Part shown: piece after piece, positions 11,107 through 21,194 of the stretch | Position numbering within the stretch: the stretch's first letter is position 1 | Layout: every line of letters starts with the position of its first letter | Source of the DNA: an uncultured Alistipes sp. | GTDB lineage: Bacteria > Bacteroidota > Bacteroidia > Bacteroidales > Muribaculaceae | NCBI GenBank assembly: GCA_964514745.1 | Contig: CAZEST010000002.1 | Span: 1-59,737 of the forward strand | DNA: 59,737 nucleotides | Direction of reading: 5' to 3' | Notes under the pieces: model-generated | The model's input: the letters and a program-made list of their open reading frames with translations, nothing else | What the model was told of the DNA's origin: nothing | Databases searched by the model: none | Made by a program: the position numbers and the translations under genes

Positions 11107-11952
11107 ATGAAAACCCGCGACGAATTTATAGATGACCTGCTGACGCTCGCATTTGCTGAAGATGTTGGCGACGGCGATGCTACAACTTTATCTACCATAC
11201 CGGCTGACGAGACCGGAGCCCAGCACCTCTTGGTTAAGGAGGAGGGGATTCTGGCCGGCGTAGAAATTGCCCGTAAGGTGTTTGATAAGTTTGACCCTTC
11301 GTTGAAGATGACTGTTTATATCAACGATGGAGCTCACGTAAAGCCCGGAGATATCGCTTTTAAGGTAGAGGGTAGCGTACGCTCTTTGTTGCAGACCGAG
11401 CGCTTGATGCTGAATATTATGCAGCGTATGAGCGGTATTGCAACGCAGACAGCTCGTTATCAGCAGCGTCTTGAAGGCCTGAAGGCAAAGGTGTTGGATA
11501 CTCGCAAGACTACCCCCGGATTGCGCATCTTGGAGAAGGAAGCCGTAAAGATTGGCGGCGGTGCAAACCATCGCATGGGCCTTTTCGACATGATTCTCAT
11601 TAAGGATAATCACGTTGACTTTGCCGGTGGTATTCCGCAGGCAGTAAATGGCGCAAAGCAGTGGATGAAGGCTAACGGAAAGAACCTGAAGATTGAGGTT
11701 GAAACCCGTAATACCGAAGAGATTCAGCAGGCATTGGAGGCCGGTGTTGACCGCATCATGCTCGACAACTTTACCCCCGAACGCACTGCTGAAGCTGTAA
11801 AACTGATCAATGGTCGTACAGAGGTTGAATCCTCCGGTGGTATTACCTTAGATACGCTTCGCGCTTATGGCGAAGCAGGCGTTGATTTCATATCCGTAGG
11901 CGCGCTGACTCATTCGGTTAAGGGCCTGGATATGTCGTTCAAGGCATGCTAA
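11107..11952 (+). CDS. nadC: Nicotinate-nucleotide diphosphorylase (carboxylating)
   Basis: EDVGDGDATT, LDTRKTTPG, HRMGLFDMILIKDNH, IMLDNF, ISVGALTHS; TAATTTTG box at 11072-11079 supports ATG 11107. Confidence 0.97.
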   Translation: MKTRDEFIDDLLTLAFAEDVGDGDATTLSTIPADETGAQHLLVKEEGILAGVEIARKVFDKFDPSLKMTVYINDGAHVKPGDIAFKVEGSVRSLLQTERLMLNIMQRMSGIATQTARYQQRLEGLKAKVLDTRKTTPGLRILEKEAVKIGGGANHRMGLFDMILIKDNHVDFAGGIPQAVNGAKQWMKANGKNLKIEVETRNTEEIQQALEAGVDRIMLDNFTPERTAEAVKLINGRTEVESSGGITLDTLRAYGEAGVDFISVGALTHSVKGLDMSFKAC

Positions 11953-11986
11953 TAGCTCGGTAATTTATCGGGTGTAGAAAATCCGG

Positions 11987-12613
11987 TTAGCCAATTTCTA
12001 CGCCGATAAGTTCTGCCAACGAATTAACAATTCTGTCGGCTTTTCCCTGAAGGGAGTCGGCAGAATTGGTCGTGGCAAGTCCTACAACGTAAGCACCGGC
12101 GCTGCGCCCGGATTCCAATCCTTGAAATGAATCTTCAAACACGATGCATTCGTTGGGATTGCAACCGGCTTTCTTAGCTCCAACTTGATACGGTTCCGGA
12201 TCCGGTTTTGAGCGATGGACGTCGGTAGCGGTAACGATGGCATCGAAGTGCGATGCAAAATTCGGATGCTGTGCAAACAGGAAATCCATCTTTTTGTCGT
12301 CGCTACTTGTTACTATAACAGTCTTGATGCCGTTTGCTCGTAAGGAGTCAACAAATTCTAATGCTCCGGGAAAGATAGGATATACTATTTCGTTCTCAAA
12401 CTGATGGAGCATACGATTAACATCTTCACGGACCTGAGGGTCGGCGAAATGCGTTGTCAAGATATCGTTAAGGGTTGTTCCCTTGATGTCTTGAGCAAAG
12501 GTTGGTGAGGGTAAATGGTGGGTTTTTCCTACTTTTTCCCAAAAGCCGGTGTAGAGCGTTTCGCTATCAATGAGTACACCGTCAAGGTCGAATAAGGCAG
12601 CCTTATATTCCAT
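11987..12613 (-). CDS. HAD-superfamily phosphatase (beta-PGM-like)
   Basis: FDLDGVLIDSE motif I, SKPDPEPY, VFEDS. Confidence 0.9.
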   Translation of the reverse strand: MEYKAALFDLDGVLIDSETLYTGFWEKVGKTHHLPSPTFAQDIKGTTLNDILTTHFADPQVREDVNRMLHQFENEIVYPIFPGALEFVDSLRANGIKTVIVTSSDDKKMDFLFAQHPNFASHFDAIVTATDVHRSKPDPEPYQVGAKKAGCNPNECIVFEDSFQGLESGRSAGAYVVGLATTNSADSLQGKADRIVNSLAELIGVEIG

Positions 12614-12736
12614 ATATGGTTGTCGAAATAAATAAGAATGGTTCAAATAATTTGGTTACCGCAGAGGTAATTTGCGGTGCAAAGTTACTAACATTCTGCT
12701 AAAAACGCATAAACCTTTTGAAATAAACTAAGCGAA

Positions 12737-14131
12737 GTGAGCAATACATCTGTAAAAGCGGTCTCATCGAAGAACCCGATGTCGTTGGGTACTCTTCCGA
12801 TTGGCAAGTTGCTGTTGCAATATTCCGTACCGGCTATTATTGCATCGGTAGCAACGTCGCTCTATAATATTATCGACAGCATATTTATTGGGCGAGGCGT
12901 AGGCGCAATGGCTATTGCCGGATTAGCTATCACGTTCCCGCTGATGAATCTTGTTGTAGCGTTCTGTACGCTGATTGCCGTTGGTGGTGCTACGATTAGT
13001 TCGATTTTCCTGGGACAGAAGAATGTAGAGCGAGCAACCGAAGTAATCAATAATGTCTTAGTGCTCTGCCTAATTCATTCGGTAGTTTTCGGCGGACTGT
13101 GTCTGCTGTTTCTCGACGATATATTGATGTTCTTCGGGGCAACAGAGGCTACAATTCCGTATGCTCGCGAGTTTATGCAGGTGATTCTGTGTGCTACGCC
13201 GATAACCTACGTCTTTATTGGTCTGAACAACTTAATGCGAGCAACGGGTAATCCACGCAAGGCGATGGTCTCGGCGCTGTTATCGGTGTTGGTTAATATT
13301 ATCTTGTGCCCGATTTTTATCTATGTGCTGGATTGGGGTATTGCCGGAGCTGCGTTTGCCTCGGTCTGCGGACAGTTGGTAGCCTTCGTATGGGTGACGC
13401 TCCATTTTTGTTCTCGGAATAGCTTAGTCCATTTTAATATCAAAAATAAATGGTTGACTCCGGCTATTGCCAAGCGCATCTACTCCATTGGCCTTTCGCC
13501 GTTCTTGATGAACGTAACGGCCTGTGTGGTAGTTGTATTTTTGAATAAATCATTGTTGGCATATGGCGGTTCGGACGGCGATTTGGCCGTCGGAGCCTAT
13601 GGAATTTTAAACCGAACAACAATGTTCTTCGTGATGATTGTGTTCGGCGTTACTCAAGGTATGCAGCCTATTCTTGGCTTCAATTACGGAGCCGGCAAAT
13701 GGGACCGAGTCCAGAAAACATTAAAGAAAGGTATTTTGGCCGGCTTTTGCATTACTACGTTTGGCTGGATTATTACGGAGCTCTTCCCGGACGCTATCAG
13801 CAGTATGTTTACTACGGATCGCCAGCTGACAGCTATTGCCAATACCGGTTTCCGAATTTTCTTCTTATTCTATCCGATCGTAGGTTGCCAGATTGTAATT
13901 CAGAATTATTTCCAATCGATAGGCAAACCGGCGGTCTCGATATTCTTATCGCTGACTCGTCAGCTAATCTTTTTGTTGCCGTTCCTCTGGTTCCTGCCTA
14001 AGATGTGGGGCATTGAGGGAGTGTGGGCTTCGATTTGCGGAGCTGATATTCTGGCCTTTGCAGTCTCGGTTACTACATTGATTATTATTACTCGTCGTCA
14101 AAAATCTTCATTACTTCAAAGACATGGCTAA
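12737..14131 (+). CDS. MATE family efflux transporter (MepA-like)
   Basis: 12 TM pattern, LYNIIDSIFIG, QGMQPILGFNYGA, SLTRQLIFL. Confidence 0.92.
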   Translation: MSNTSVKAVSSKNPMSLGTLPIGKLLLQYSVPAIIASVATSLYNIIDSIFIGRGVGAMAIAGLAITFPLMNLVVAFCTLIAVGGATISSIFLGQKNVERATEVINNVLVLCLIHSVVFGGLCLLFLDDILMFFGATEATIPYAREFMQVILCATPITYVFIGLNNLMRATGNPRKAMVSALLSVLVNIILCPIFIYVLDWGIAGAAFASVCGQLVAFVWVTLHFCSRNSLVHFNIKNKWLTPAIAKRIYSIGLSPFLMNVTACVVVVFLNKSLLAYGGSDGDLAVGAYGILNRTTMFFVMIVFGVTQGMQPILGFNYGAGKWDRVQKTLKKGILAGFCITTFGWIITELFPDAISSMFTTDRQLTAIANTGFRIFFLFYPIVGCQIVIQNYFQSIGKPAVSIFLSLTRQLIFLLPFLWFLPKMWGIEGVWASICGADILAFAVSVTTLIIITRRQKSSLLQRHG

Positions 14132-15692
14132 AACTACGCTTCAACTTCGCGTTGAACCTGAAATCGCTTACAATTCGATGCGGCTATCAGCCTACGTATC
14201 AACCAATATGTCGGTTGATGTTAACCGCATCAAGGAATTGCGTATCGTAAAACGCTCGATTGATGCGCGTCAACGTCGTATTATGATAAATCTTACGGTC
14301 GACGTGTTTCTTGATGAGATGCCCGGAGCGGATGAATTGATGGTAAAGCCTGTTGAATATAAGCCGTTGTCGGCTGATGCACCGTCTGCCATAGTTGTTG
14401 GTGCGGGCCCGGCCGGACTGTTTGCGGCGTTGAAGTTGATCGAAGATGGCGTAAAGCCTATACTGTTGGAGCGAGGCAAAAGTGTGGAGGAGCGCAGCAA
14501 GGATATGGCGAAGATTTCGCGTGAAAATATCGTTGACCCCGATTCCAATTATTGTTTTGGAGAGGGAGGCGCCGGTGCGTATTCCGATGGTAAATTATAT
14601 ACGCGCAGCAAGAAGCGCGGCTCGGTAGATAAGGTGCTGAATATCCTCGTGCAGCATGGAGCAAAAGAGGATATTCTCGTAGATGCTCATCCTCATATCG
14701 GTACGGATCGATTGCCACAGGTTATCCGCGGAATCCGCCGTACGATTATCGGTTGTGGCGGAGAAGTAAGATTTCAGACGCGAGTAGACCGTCTGGTGGT
14801 TGCCAATGGTAAGATAGTTGGCGTAGTAACGGCGTCGGGCGAGGAAATTCTAGGCCCTGTAATTTTGGCTACCGGACATTCCGCGCGCGATGTTTACAGA
14901 TTCCTGGATGAGGCCAAGATTAAAATTGAGCCGAAGGGTATAGCTGTAGGGGTCAGAGTAGAGCACCCTCAGAAACTGATTGACCAAATTCAATACCATA
15001 ATCCTAATGGACGCGGTAAATATCTTCCGGCAGCAGAATATTCGTTGTTGACGCGTGTCGACGGAAGGGCGGTATATTCGTTCTGTATGTGTCCGGGTGG
15101 TTTCATAATCCCGGCAGCTACGGCTCCGGGGCAGTTGGTGGTCAACGGAATGTCGCCGGCTTCGCGCGGTACAAAGTGGGCTAACTCCGGCATGGTTGTT
15201 GAGGTATTGCCTGAAGACCTTAAGGAGTATGACGCGTATGGCAATCTGAAGGTGATGAAATTTCAGGAGGATATTGAGGCGCGATTTTCGGCTGATTCCA
15301 AGGGTACTCAGAATGCGCCGGCTCAGTGCCTGACCGACTTTGTTGATGGGCGTCCGTCGAAGTCGCTGCCGACGTCGTCGTATGCACCGGGCATCCATCC
15401 GGCGCGTCTTGACCAGCTGTTACCCTCGTTCGTTGCCAAGCGTTTGCGCGAAGGATTCCGTGAGTTTGGCCGTAAATCGCGAGGCTATCTGACATCGGAA
15501 GCTGCGGTAATCGGGGCCGAAACGCGAACATCCTCGCCGGTACGTATACCGCGCGATCCTGAAACATTAAATCATATTGAAATCGCCGGACTATATCCTT
15601 GTGGCGAAGGCGCAGGCTACGCCGGAGGCATTGTCTCCGCAGCCATCGATGGAGAACGCTGTGCGGAAGCGTTGGTTAAGTCGTTGTATTAG
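14124..15692 (+). CDS. FAD-dependent oxidoreductase (conserved, uncharacterised)
   Basis: VVGAGPAGLFAA Rossmann motif, FGEGGAGAYSDGKL, SFCMCPGG, ETRTSSPVRI, PCGEGAGYAGGIVSAA. Confidence 0.9.
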   Translation: MAKTTLQLRVEPEIAYNSMRLSAYVSTNMSVDVNRIKELRIVKRSIDARQRRIMINLTVDVFLDEMPGADELMVKPVEYKPLSADAPSAIVVGAGPAGLFAALKLIEDGVKPILLERGKSVEERSKDMAKISRENIVDPDSNYCFGEGGAGAYSDGKLYTRSKKRGSVDKVLNILVQHGAKEDILVDAHPHIGTDRLPQVIRGIRRTIIGCGGEVRFQTRVDRLVVANGKIVGVVTASGEEILGPVILATGHSARDVYRFLDEAKIKIEPKGIAVGVRVEHPQKLIDQIQYHNPNGRGKYLPAAEYSLLTRVDGRAVYSFCMCPGGFIIPAATAPGQLVVNGMSPASRGTKWANSGMVVEVLPEDLKEYDAYGNLKVMKFQEDIEARFSADSKGTQNAPAQCLTDFVDGRPSKSLPTSSYAPGIHPARLDQLLPSFVAKRLREGFREFGRKSRGYLTSEAAVIGAETRTSSPVRIPRDPETLNHIEIAGLYPCGEGAGYAGGIVSAAIDGERCAEALVKSLY

Positions 15693-16105
15693 ACTTCGGC
15701 GTAGATTGACCAAGAGGGGTCTTCTTCGGCATCGAATTCGAGCGGAAGTTCGGGCAGCGTAGCCAAGGCAGCGTTGAGTTTCTTGCCGAAGATAGGCAGA
15801 CTGAGAGTATAAAATACCCATTCACGTCGGTTATCGCCTGTAGATATTTCAGCCATCACTGCAACCGGGTCTTTACGAAATACTTCGTCGAGATTATCCG
15901 TGGCCTGTTCCATCAGTGCGGCAGTTGCGTCATCGGGCATACCATCGGCAAGGCCTTTATATGGCCATGCAACGGTTATGCGATAGCGGAAACGCGGATT
16001 GTCGCGGAATTTGTCAACATCCGTGCGTAGCGTAACGATGATTGTTTTGTCGCTGGTTGTGCTTTCTGCGGGATAGGTCAGCCACTGGCCTTGAAGTTCT
16101 ACCAT
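15689..16105 (-). CDS. DUF695-like protein
   Basis: YRITVAWPY..DGMPD, TGDNRREWVFYT and EEDPSW pattern. Confidence 0.7.
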   Translation of the reverse strand: MVELQGQWLTYPAESTTSDKTIIVTLRTDVDKFRDNPRFRYRITVAWPYKGLADGMPDDATAALMEQATDNLDEVFRKDPVAVMAEISTGDNRREWVFYTLSLPIFGKKLNAALATLPELPLEFDAEEDPSWSIYAEV

Positions 16106-16221
16106 AATAAGAAACGGGTTTATTTCAGTGCAAAGATAAGGATTATATACGGATTTTATATGAAATATCGGTTGGATTTCGTAATTTTGTCGTAATAAAA
16201 CGGAGCATAATCTCCAACTTT

Positions 16222-18273
16222 ATGAGAAAATTATACCAACGCTATATCATATTTCTTCTTGCAACGCTGGCAGGATACTTACAAGTTAACGGACAGATTA
16301 ATGCCGAACAGATTGTTAAAGTAGGGCAGAATGCGCTCTATTTTGATGATTATGTGCTGTCCATCCAGTATTTTAACCGAGCGATAGCGGCTAAGCCTTA
16401 CCTGGCTCAGCCATATTTTTATCGTGCGATTGCCAAATTGAATCTTGAGGATTATCAGGGAGCAGAGCAAGATGCTTCGGCTGCGATTGAGCGCAATCCG
16501 TTCATTCCTGAAGTATATGAGGTCAGGGGTGTTGCTCGCCAGAACTTGGGAAAATACCGCGAAGCTGTCGGCGATTATGACCATGCAGCTCAGTTGATGC
16601 CGAATAATAAAAATATGATGTTTAATAAGGCCGTAGCCTTGCAGCAGTCGGAGCAGCGAGACAGCGCGATGACGACCTTTAATGAGTTGATAGAGTTGCA
16701 TCCCGGTTATGCGAATGCGTTCGTTGCGCGAGGGCGTTTGCGGGCGGAGCAGGCCGATACGATTGGAGCGCTGGCCGACCTTGACCATGCTATTGAGCTA
16801 TCCAATACGTTGGCCTATGCTTTTGTTGTAAGAGCATCGCTGAAGATGGCTCATCCCGAAGGCTATGAACAGGCCGAATCGGACTTGTCGGAGGCTATAA
16901 AGCTGGAGCCTAAGGAGGGCGATCTATATGTAAATCGAGCCTTCTTGCGATATAGTCATGATGATTATTTCGGTGCGATGGCTGATTATGATTATGCTAT
17001 TCAGCTCGATCCGATAAATTCGGCAGCAATATATAATCGCGGATTGCTCAGGATGGAGAGCCTTGATAATGACCGAGCAATCAAGGATTTTACGCGAGTC
17101 TTGGAGCTTGAACCGGAGGATTATCGTGCGCTCTATAACCGTGCATTGCTTTATTCCGATACACGCAATTATCAGGCTGCATTGGCCGATGTTAATCAGC
17201 TTATAAGTCGCTTCCCTGATCTTCCTGAAGCCTTTTATATGAGGTCGGATATCTATCGTCGCCAGGGAAAGATGGGCCAGGCCGAGTCTGATTATAAGCG
17301 AGCGCTTGCCATGGCAAAGGCTTTGCCGCGCAAGAGTAAGAAGGCTGATGCCGGAGCATCGGGTAGCATGGCTGCCGGCGGTGCGGCCTCCGGCAGCAGT
17401 CAGGCCTCTGACTCCGGCAGGGATGATAACGAGCTGTCGGCTGCATCCGTAGCACGCAGATTTACTGCCTTGCGAACAATCGATAACGACGTTGATATGC
17501 AGCAGGATTTTGTTAGTCAGGGAATCCGAGGACGAGTGCAGGATCGCGACCGCCGTATCACGCTTGAGCCGATGTTTGCTTTGGCTTATTATACATCGTC
17601 AACGAATAGCACGACGGATGCTCGCAGCTATATCAAGGAGGTTGATGACCTGAATGCAACGAAGTTGCTACCCTTCTTGGTAATGGTTGGTAATAAGGGG
17701 CTAACGCCGTCCGACGAGCAGCTCTTGAATCGTCATTTTGCGTCGATCGAGAATTACAATAGCTACATAGCAAGCCATGAACCTCGCGCTATCGACTATT
17801 TTGGTAGGGCAATGGATTATGTAACGTTGCGTAATTATGCTGCGGCAATTACCGATTTGGATAGGGCAATAGCTTTGACGCCCGATTTTGCAATGGCTTA
17901 TTTCTTGCGCGGTGTAGCTCGCAACGATATGTTGCAAATTGCTGAAGAGCAGAGCTCGGCGCAATCTGCCGGCATAAAGATAGAACTGCGCAGTGTAATC
18001 TCAGATTTCGACAGAGCGGCCGAATTGTCGCCGCGTAATGCGTATGCCCATTATAATAAGGGAAATGCTCTGGTAGCCTTGGGCGATTACACATCTGCCT
18101 TGGCCGCTTATCGCAAGGCTATCGAGCTTAAAGCTGATTTCGGTGAGGCTTACTACAATTTGGCATACGTCTACTTCCAGCTCGGTAATCGCCAAGAAGG
18201 AGCGTCCAACCTTTCGAAGGCCGGCGAACTGGGCGTTGTTCCCTCTTACAATTTATTAAAGCGTATGCACTAA
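16222..18273 (+). CDS. Secreted tetratricopeptide repeat protein
   Basis: Signal peptide; many YxNRA/G...AIxDYxxAIxLxP TPR units. Confidence 0.9.
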   Translation: MRKLYQRYIIFLLATLAGYLQVNGQINAEQIVKVGQNALYFDDYVLSIQYFNRAIAAKPYLAQPYFYRAIAKLNLEDYQGAEQDASAAIERNPFIPEVYEVRGVARQNLGKYREAVGDYDHAAQLMPNNKNMMFNKAVALQQSEQRDSAMTTFNELIELHPGYANAFVARGRLRAEQADTIGALADLDHAIELSNTLAYAFVVRASLKMAHPEGYEQAESDLSEAIKLEPKEGDLYVNRAFLRYSHDDYFGAMADYDYAIQLDPINSAAIYNRGLLRMESLDNDRAIKDFTRVLELEPEDYRALYNRALLYSDTRNYQAALADVNQLISRFPDLPEAFYMRSDIYRRQGKMGQAESDYKRALAMAKALPRKSKKADAGASGSMAAGGAASGSSQASDSGRDDNELSAASVARRFTALRTIDNDVDMQQDFVSQGIRGRVQDRDRRITLEPMFALAYYTSSTNSTTDARSYIKEVDDLNATKLLPFLVMVGNKGLTPSDEQLLNRHFASIENYNSYIASHEPRAIDYFGRAMDYVTLRNYAAAITDLDRAIALTPDFAMAYFLRGVARNDMLQIAEEQSSAQSAGIKIELRSVISDFDRAAELSPRNAYAHYNKGNALVALGDYTSALAAYRKAIELKADFGEAYYNLAYVYFQLGNRQEGASNLSKAGELGVVPSYNLLKRMH

Positions 18274-18299
18274 TTATTAAGGCGTATGTGCTAACAGCC

Positions 18300-19097
18300 T
18301 TATTCTGCGAGGTCCTGGATTACCAGGCCGGCAAGCATGAAGCCGAAGATGGCGGTAGTATGGGCAAGCGTACCGTTGATTTGGGCTTTAGAGGAGCACC
18401 ATTCGTGGTTGACCAGATTGGGATCGCCCGGGCCAATCTTTGCCTTCGGACAGAGACAGACGGCGGTGCCACAGGTATGGTTTTCGCCACGGTTGTTAAT
18501 CAGTTCGGGGGAGTAAACACACAGGAATTTGCGTTTGGGGAAGTTCTTGCTACGTTTGAATTTATTACGCAGTGCTCTGGCTAGCGGGCATCCCTGTACC
18601 TTCCAAAATTCTGCTACCGTAATCTTGGTGGGATCCATTTTGAGGGCAGCTCCCATTGAGGAGAAAAATTTAGTATTTGCTGCCGTTGCGCGGCGAATCA
18701 GCAACGCTTTGTTTTCCAAACTGTCAATGGCGTCGATAACGTAATCGTAGTCATCGAGATTAAAGTCGTCGGCTGTTTCTGCTGAATAAATTTTCTGCAA
18801 CGCAATCACTTCAACTTTGGGATTGATTTCCTCCAAGCGGTTTTTCAGTGCTTCAACCTTTACTTGGCCTACCGTCTTGATGGTTGCCATCAACTGGCGG
18901 TTGATATTGGTAACGCAAACGCGGTCGGAGTCAACAATCGTTAGCTGACGGATGCCGCTTCGGACCAAGCTTTCAGCGCACCAACTACCAACACCTCCAA
19001 CTCCGAAGATGATAACTTTAGCGTCCGCAATAGTTTTCATTGCGTTATCGCCTAAGAGTAGTTCAGTGCGGCGAAATATTCCTTGTTCTATTCCCAT
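18300..19097 (-). CDS. tcdA: tRNA threonylcarbamoyladenosine dehydratase (ThiF family)
   Basis: FGVGGVGSWCAESLVRSG, DRVCVTNINRQL, VIDAID, SSMGAALK, CPLARALR. Confidence 0.88.
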   Translation of the reverse strand: MGIEQGIFRRTELLLGDNAMKTIADAKVIIFGVGGVGSWCAESLVRSGIRQLTIVDSDRVCVTNINRQLMATIKTVGQVKVEALKNRLEEINPKVEVIALQKIYSAETADDFNLDDYDYVIDAIDSLENKALLIRRATAANTKFFSSMGAALKMDPTKITVAEFWKVQGCPLARALRNKFKRSKNFPKRKFLCVYSPELINNRGENHTCGTAVCLCPKAKIGPGDPNLVNHEWCSSKAQINGTLAHTTAIFGFMLAGLVIQDLAE

Positions 19098-19152
19098 AGT
19101 AAAGTGTTTTTGGGTAGTAAATTATTCGTGCAGAGAAGGGGGGAGTCAGCTA

Positions 19153-19488
19153 TTATTCCTTAGCTGTAATATCTTCGTAGAGCTGCGGATTAATAGCTTT
19201 GAGCTCTGTAAGGAATGCTTTGATATACGTGTCGGCCAGTTCATCTTCGCCCAGCCCCCTAATTTCAGTTTCGCGTGAGCGAATATCAATCAATGTCTCC
19301 ACAATCTGGATGGAATCCATTTGTGAAGAGTCAGCAAGACGTTTGGCTTGCTCTTTGCCGAAATTCTCCGCTTGTTCTGTTTCTGCTCTAACTTCTTCAG
19401 GCGTTCGCTTGTTGTCGCTGCAACCGATCAGAAGTGAGGCTACAACAGAAAGATAGAGGATATATATAGGTTTTAGAGAAAAATTCAT
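19153..19488 (-). CDS. Small hypothetical lipoprotein
   Basis: Lipobox LLIGC; in line between ispH and tcdA. Confidence 0.75.
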   Translation of the reverse strand: MNFSLKPIYILYLSVVASLLIGCSDNKRTPEEVRAETEQAENFGKEQAKRLADSSQMDSIQIVETLIDIRSRETEIRGLGEDELADTYIKAFLTELKAINPQLYEDITAKE

Positions 19489-20403
19489 TTATGCGGTTGG
19501 ACTATTTAGCAGATTTTCCAGTGACTGTCGGGCTTCCTCCATAAGCCATAGTGGAGTAGACGTAGCGCCGCAAATTCCTACCGACAATTCTTTCGTCGGA
19601 TTTTCCTTTAGGCCGGGAATCTCGCTTGGCAAGAACCATTCTGACTGAATCTGGCGCGGATTGGAAATGAGATGGGTTGCCGGGTTGACCGCCAGGCAGT
19701 TGCCATAGAGAACCTTGCCATTGGAGCTCTTTTCGCCGGCGACAAAGATAATCACGTCATGTTCGCGAGCAAAAACCTCCAGTTGCGCTACGCGATTGGA
19801 TACGCGGCGACATATCGTATCGAAGCTCTCAAATTTTACGCCCGGATTCAGCATGGCTTGAATCATACGGGTAATTTCGCGGAATCCGGAGACGGACTTC
19901 GTCGTTTGGGAATATAGTGCTACGGATTTAGCCGGATTAATCTTGGTTAAATCCTCTGGACCTTCAACTACGATAGCTTCTCCATTGGTCTGCCCAACCA
20001 GTCCGTTTACCTCTGCGTGGCCATTCTTGCCGTAGATTACAATTTGAGGGCGCCGATCGGCTTCAACATCGTGAGAGGCTTTAATGCGTTGCTGTAGACG
20101 CAGTACAACCGGACACGTAGCATCAATAATTTCAATGTTGTTGGCTTCTGCCAGCTTGTAGGTCGATGGCGGTTCGCCGTGGGCACGTAGCAGGAGTTTT
20201 ACGTTGTGGAGGTTTGGAATATCTTCGTGGCTAATGATTTTTAACCCCTTGCGCTCCAAGCGGCCTACCTCATCGCTGTTATGCACGATGTCGCCGAGGC
20301 AGTAGAGCGAACCAGCACGGTTAATTTCCTCCTCTGCCTTATGGATAGCCGTAGTAACTCCGAAACAGAATCCCGAACCGGGGTCAATCTCAATCTTTGC
20401 CAT
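19489..20403 (-). CDS. ispH: 4-hydroxy-3-methylbut-2-enyl diphosphate reductase
   Basis: SGFCFGV, GDIVHN, RAHG, DATCPVV, SQTT, DTIC, SSNG, GATSTP. Confidence 0.97.
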   Translation of the reverse strand: MAKIEIDPGSGFCFGVTTAIHKAEEEINRAGSLYCLGDIVHNSDEVGRLERKGLKIISHEDIPNLHNVKLLLRAHGEPPSTYKLAEANNIEIIDATCPVVLRLQQRIKASHDVEADRRPQIVIYGKNGHAEVNGLVGQTNGEAIVVEGPEDLTKINPAKSVALYSQTTKSVSGFREITRMIQAMLNPGVKFESFDTICRRVSNRVAQLEVFAREHDVIIFVAGEKSSNGKVLYGNCLAVNPATHLISNPRQIQSEWFLPSEIPGLKENPTKELSVGICGATSTPLWLMEEARQSLENLLNSPTA

Positions 20404-20447
20404 TCTCTAACTATGTTAAACCAATGGTTAGCTAACCTCTCGGATCG

Positions 20448-21179
20448 TTAATTTAACTTTGCAATCGCTTCGTTATAACGGTCCATCAGCCATTTATCTT
20501 GCTCCTCAATGGTCATCTTTGAATTGTCAAGATCAATAGCATCGTCGGCCCTGCGCAGGGGGCTTTCCTTGCGGGTTTGGTCAACATGGTCGCGATGAAC
20601 AACGTTGGCCAATACCTCTTCGTAGGTGATTGATTCGCCTTTGTCAACGAGCTCCTTGAAACGTCGTTGAGCACGAGCCTGAGCTGAGGCTGTCATGAAA
20701 ATTTTCAGTTCGGCCGTGGGGAATACGGTTGTGCCAATATCGCGGCCATCCATAACGATGCCTTTCTCCTTGCCGTAGCCTTGCTGCATAGCAACCAGAG
20801 CATGGCGCACTTCCGGTATGGCAGCTACTGCCGATACGTTGGAGGATACATCCATGCGGCGTATACGCTGCTCAACGTCTTCGTTGTTAAGCATTGTGTG
20901 CTGCGAACCGTCGGCCATCAACTTGAAGGATATCTGAATATTTGGCAGGGCAGCTGCCAACTGCTTATCGTCTACCTCGCCTGTAGCTGATACCATACCA
21001 TGGTTCATGGCGTAAAGGGTTACGCCGCGATACATTGCGCCGGTGTCAACGTAGCGATAGCCGATAACTTTGGCCAAGGCCTTTGCCATAGTGCTTTTGC
21101 CGGTAGAAGAGAACCCGTCAATGGCGATAATTATTTTCTTATTCTCAGAGTTATCTATGTTATTAATAGAATCTGACAT
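20448..21179 (-). CDS. cmk: Cytidylate kinase
   Basis: IAIDGFSSTGKST, DTGAMYR, VMDGRDIGTTVFP. Confidence 0.97.
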   Translation of the reverse strand: MSDSINNIDNSENKKIIIAIDGFSSTGKSTMAKALAKVIGYRYVDTGAMYRGVTLYAMNHGMVSATGEVDDKQLAAALPNIQISFKLMADGSQHTMLNNEDVEQRIRRMDVSSNVSAVAAIPEVRHALVAMQQGYGKEKGIVMDGRDIGTTVFPTAELKIFMTASAQARAQRRFKELVDKGESITYEEVLANVVHRDHVDQTRKESPLRRADDAIDLDNSKMTIEEQDKWLMDRYNEAIAKLN

Positions 21180-21194
21180 CTTTCTACAGAGTGT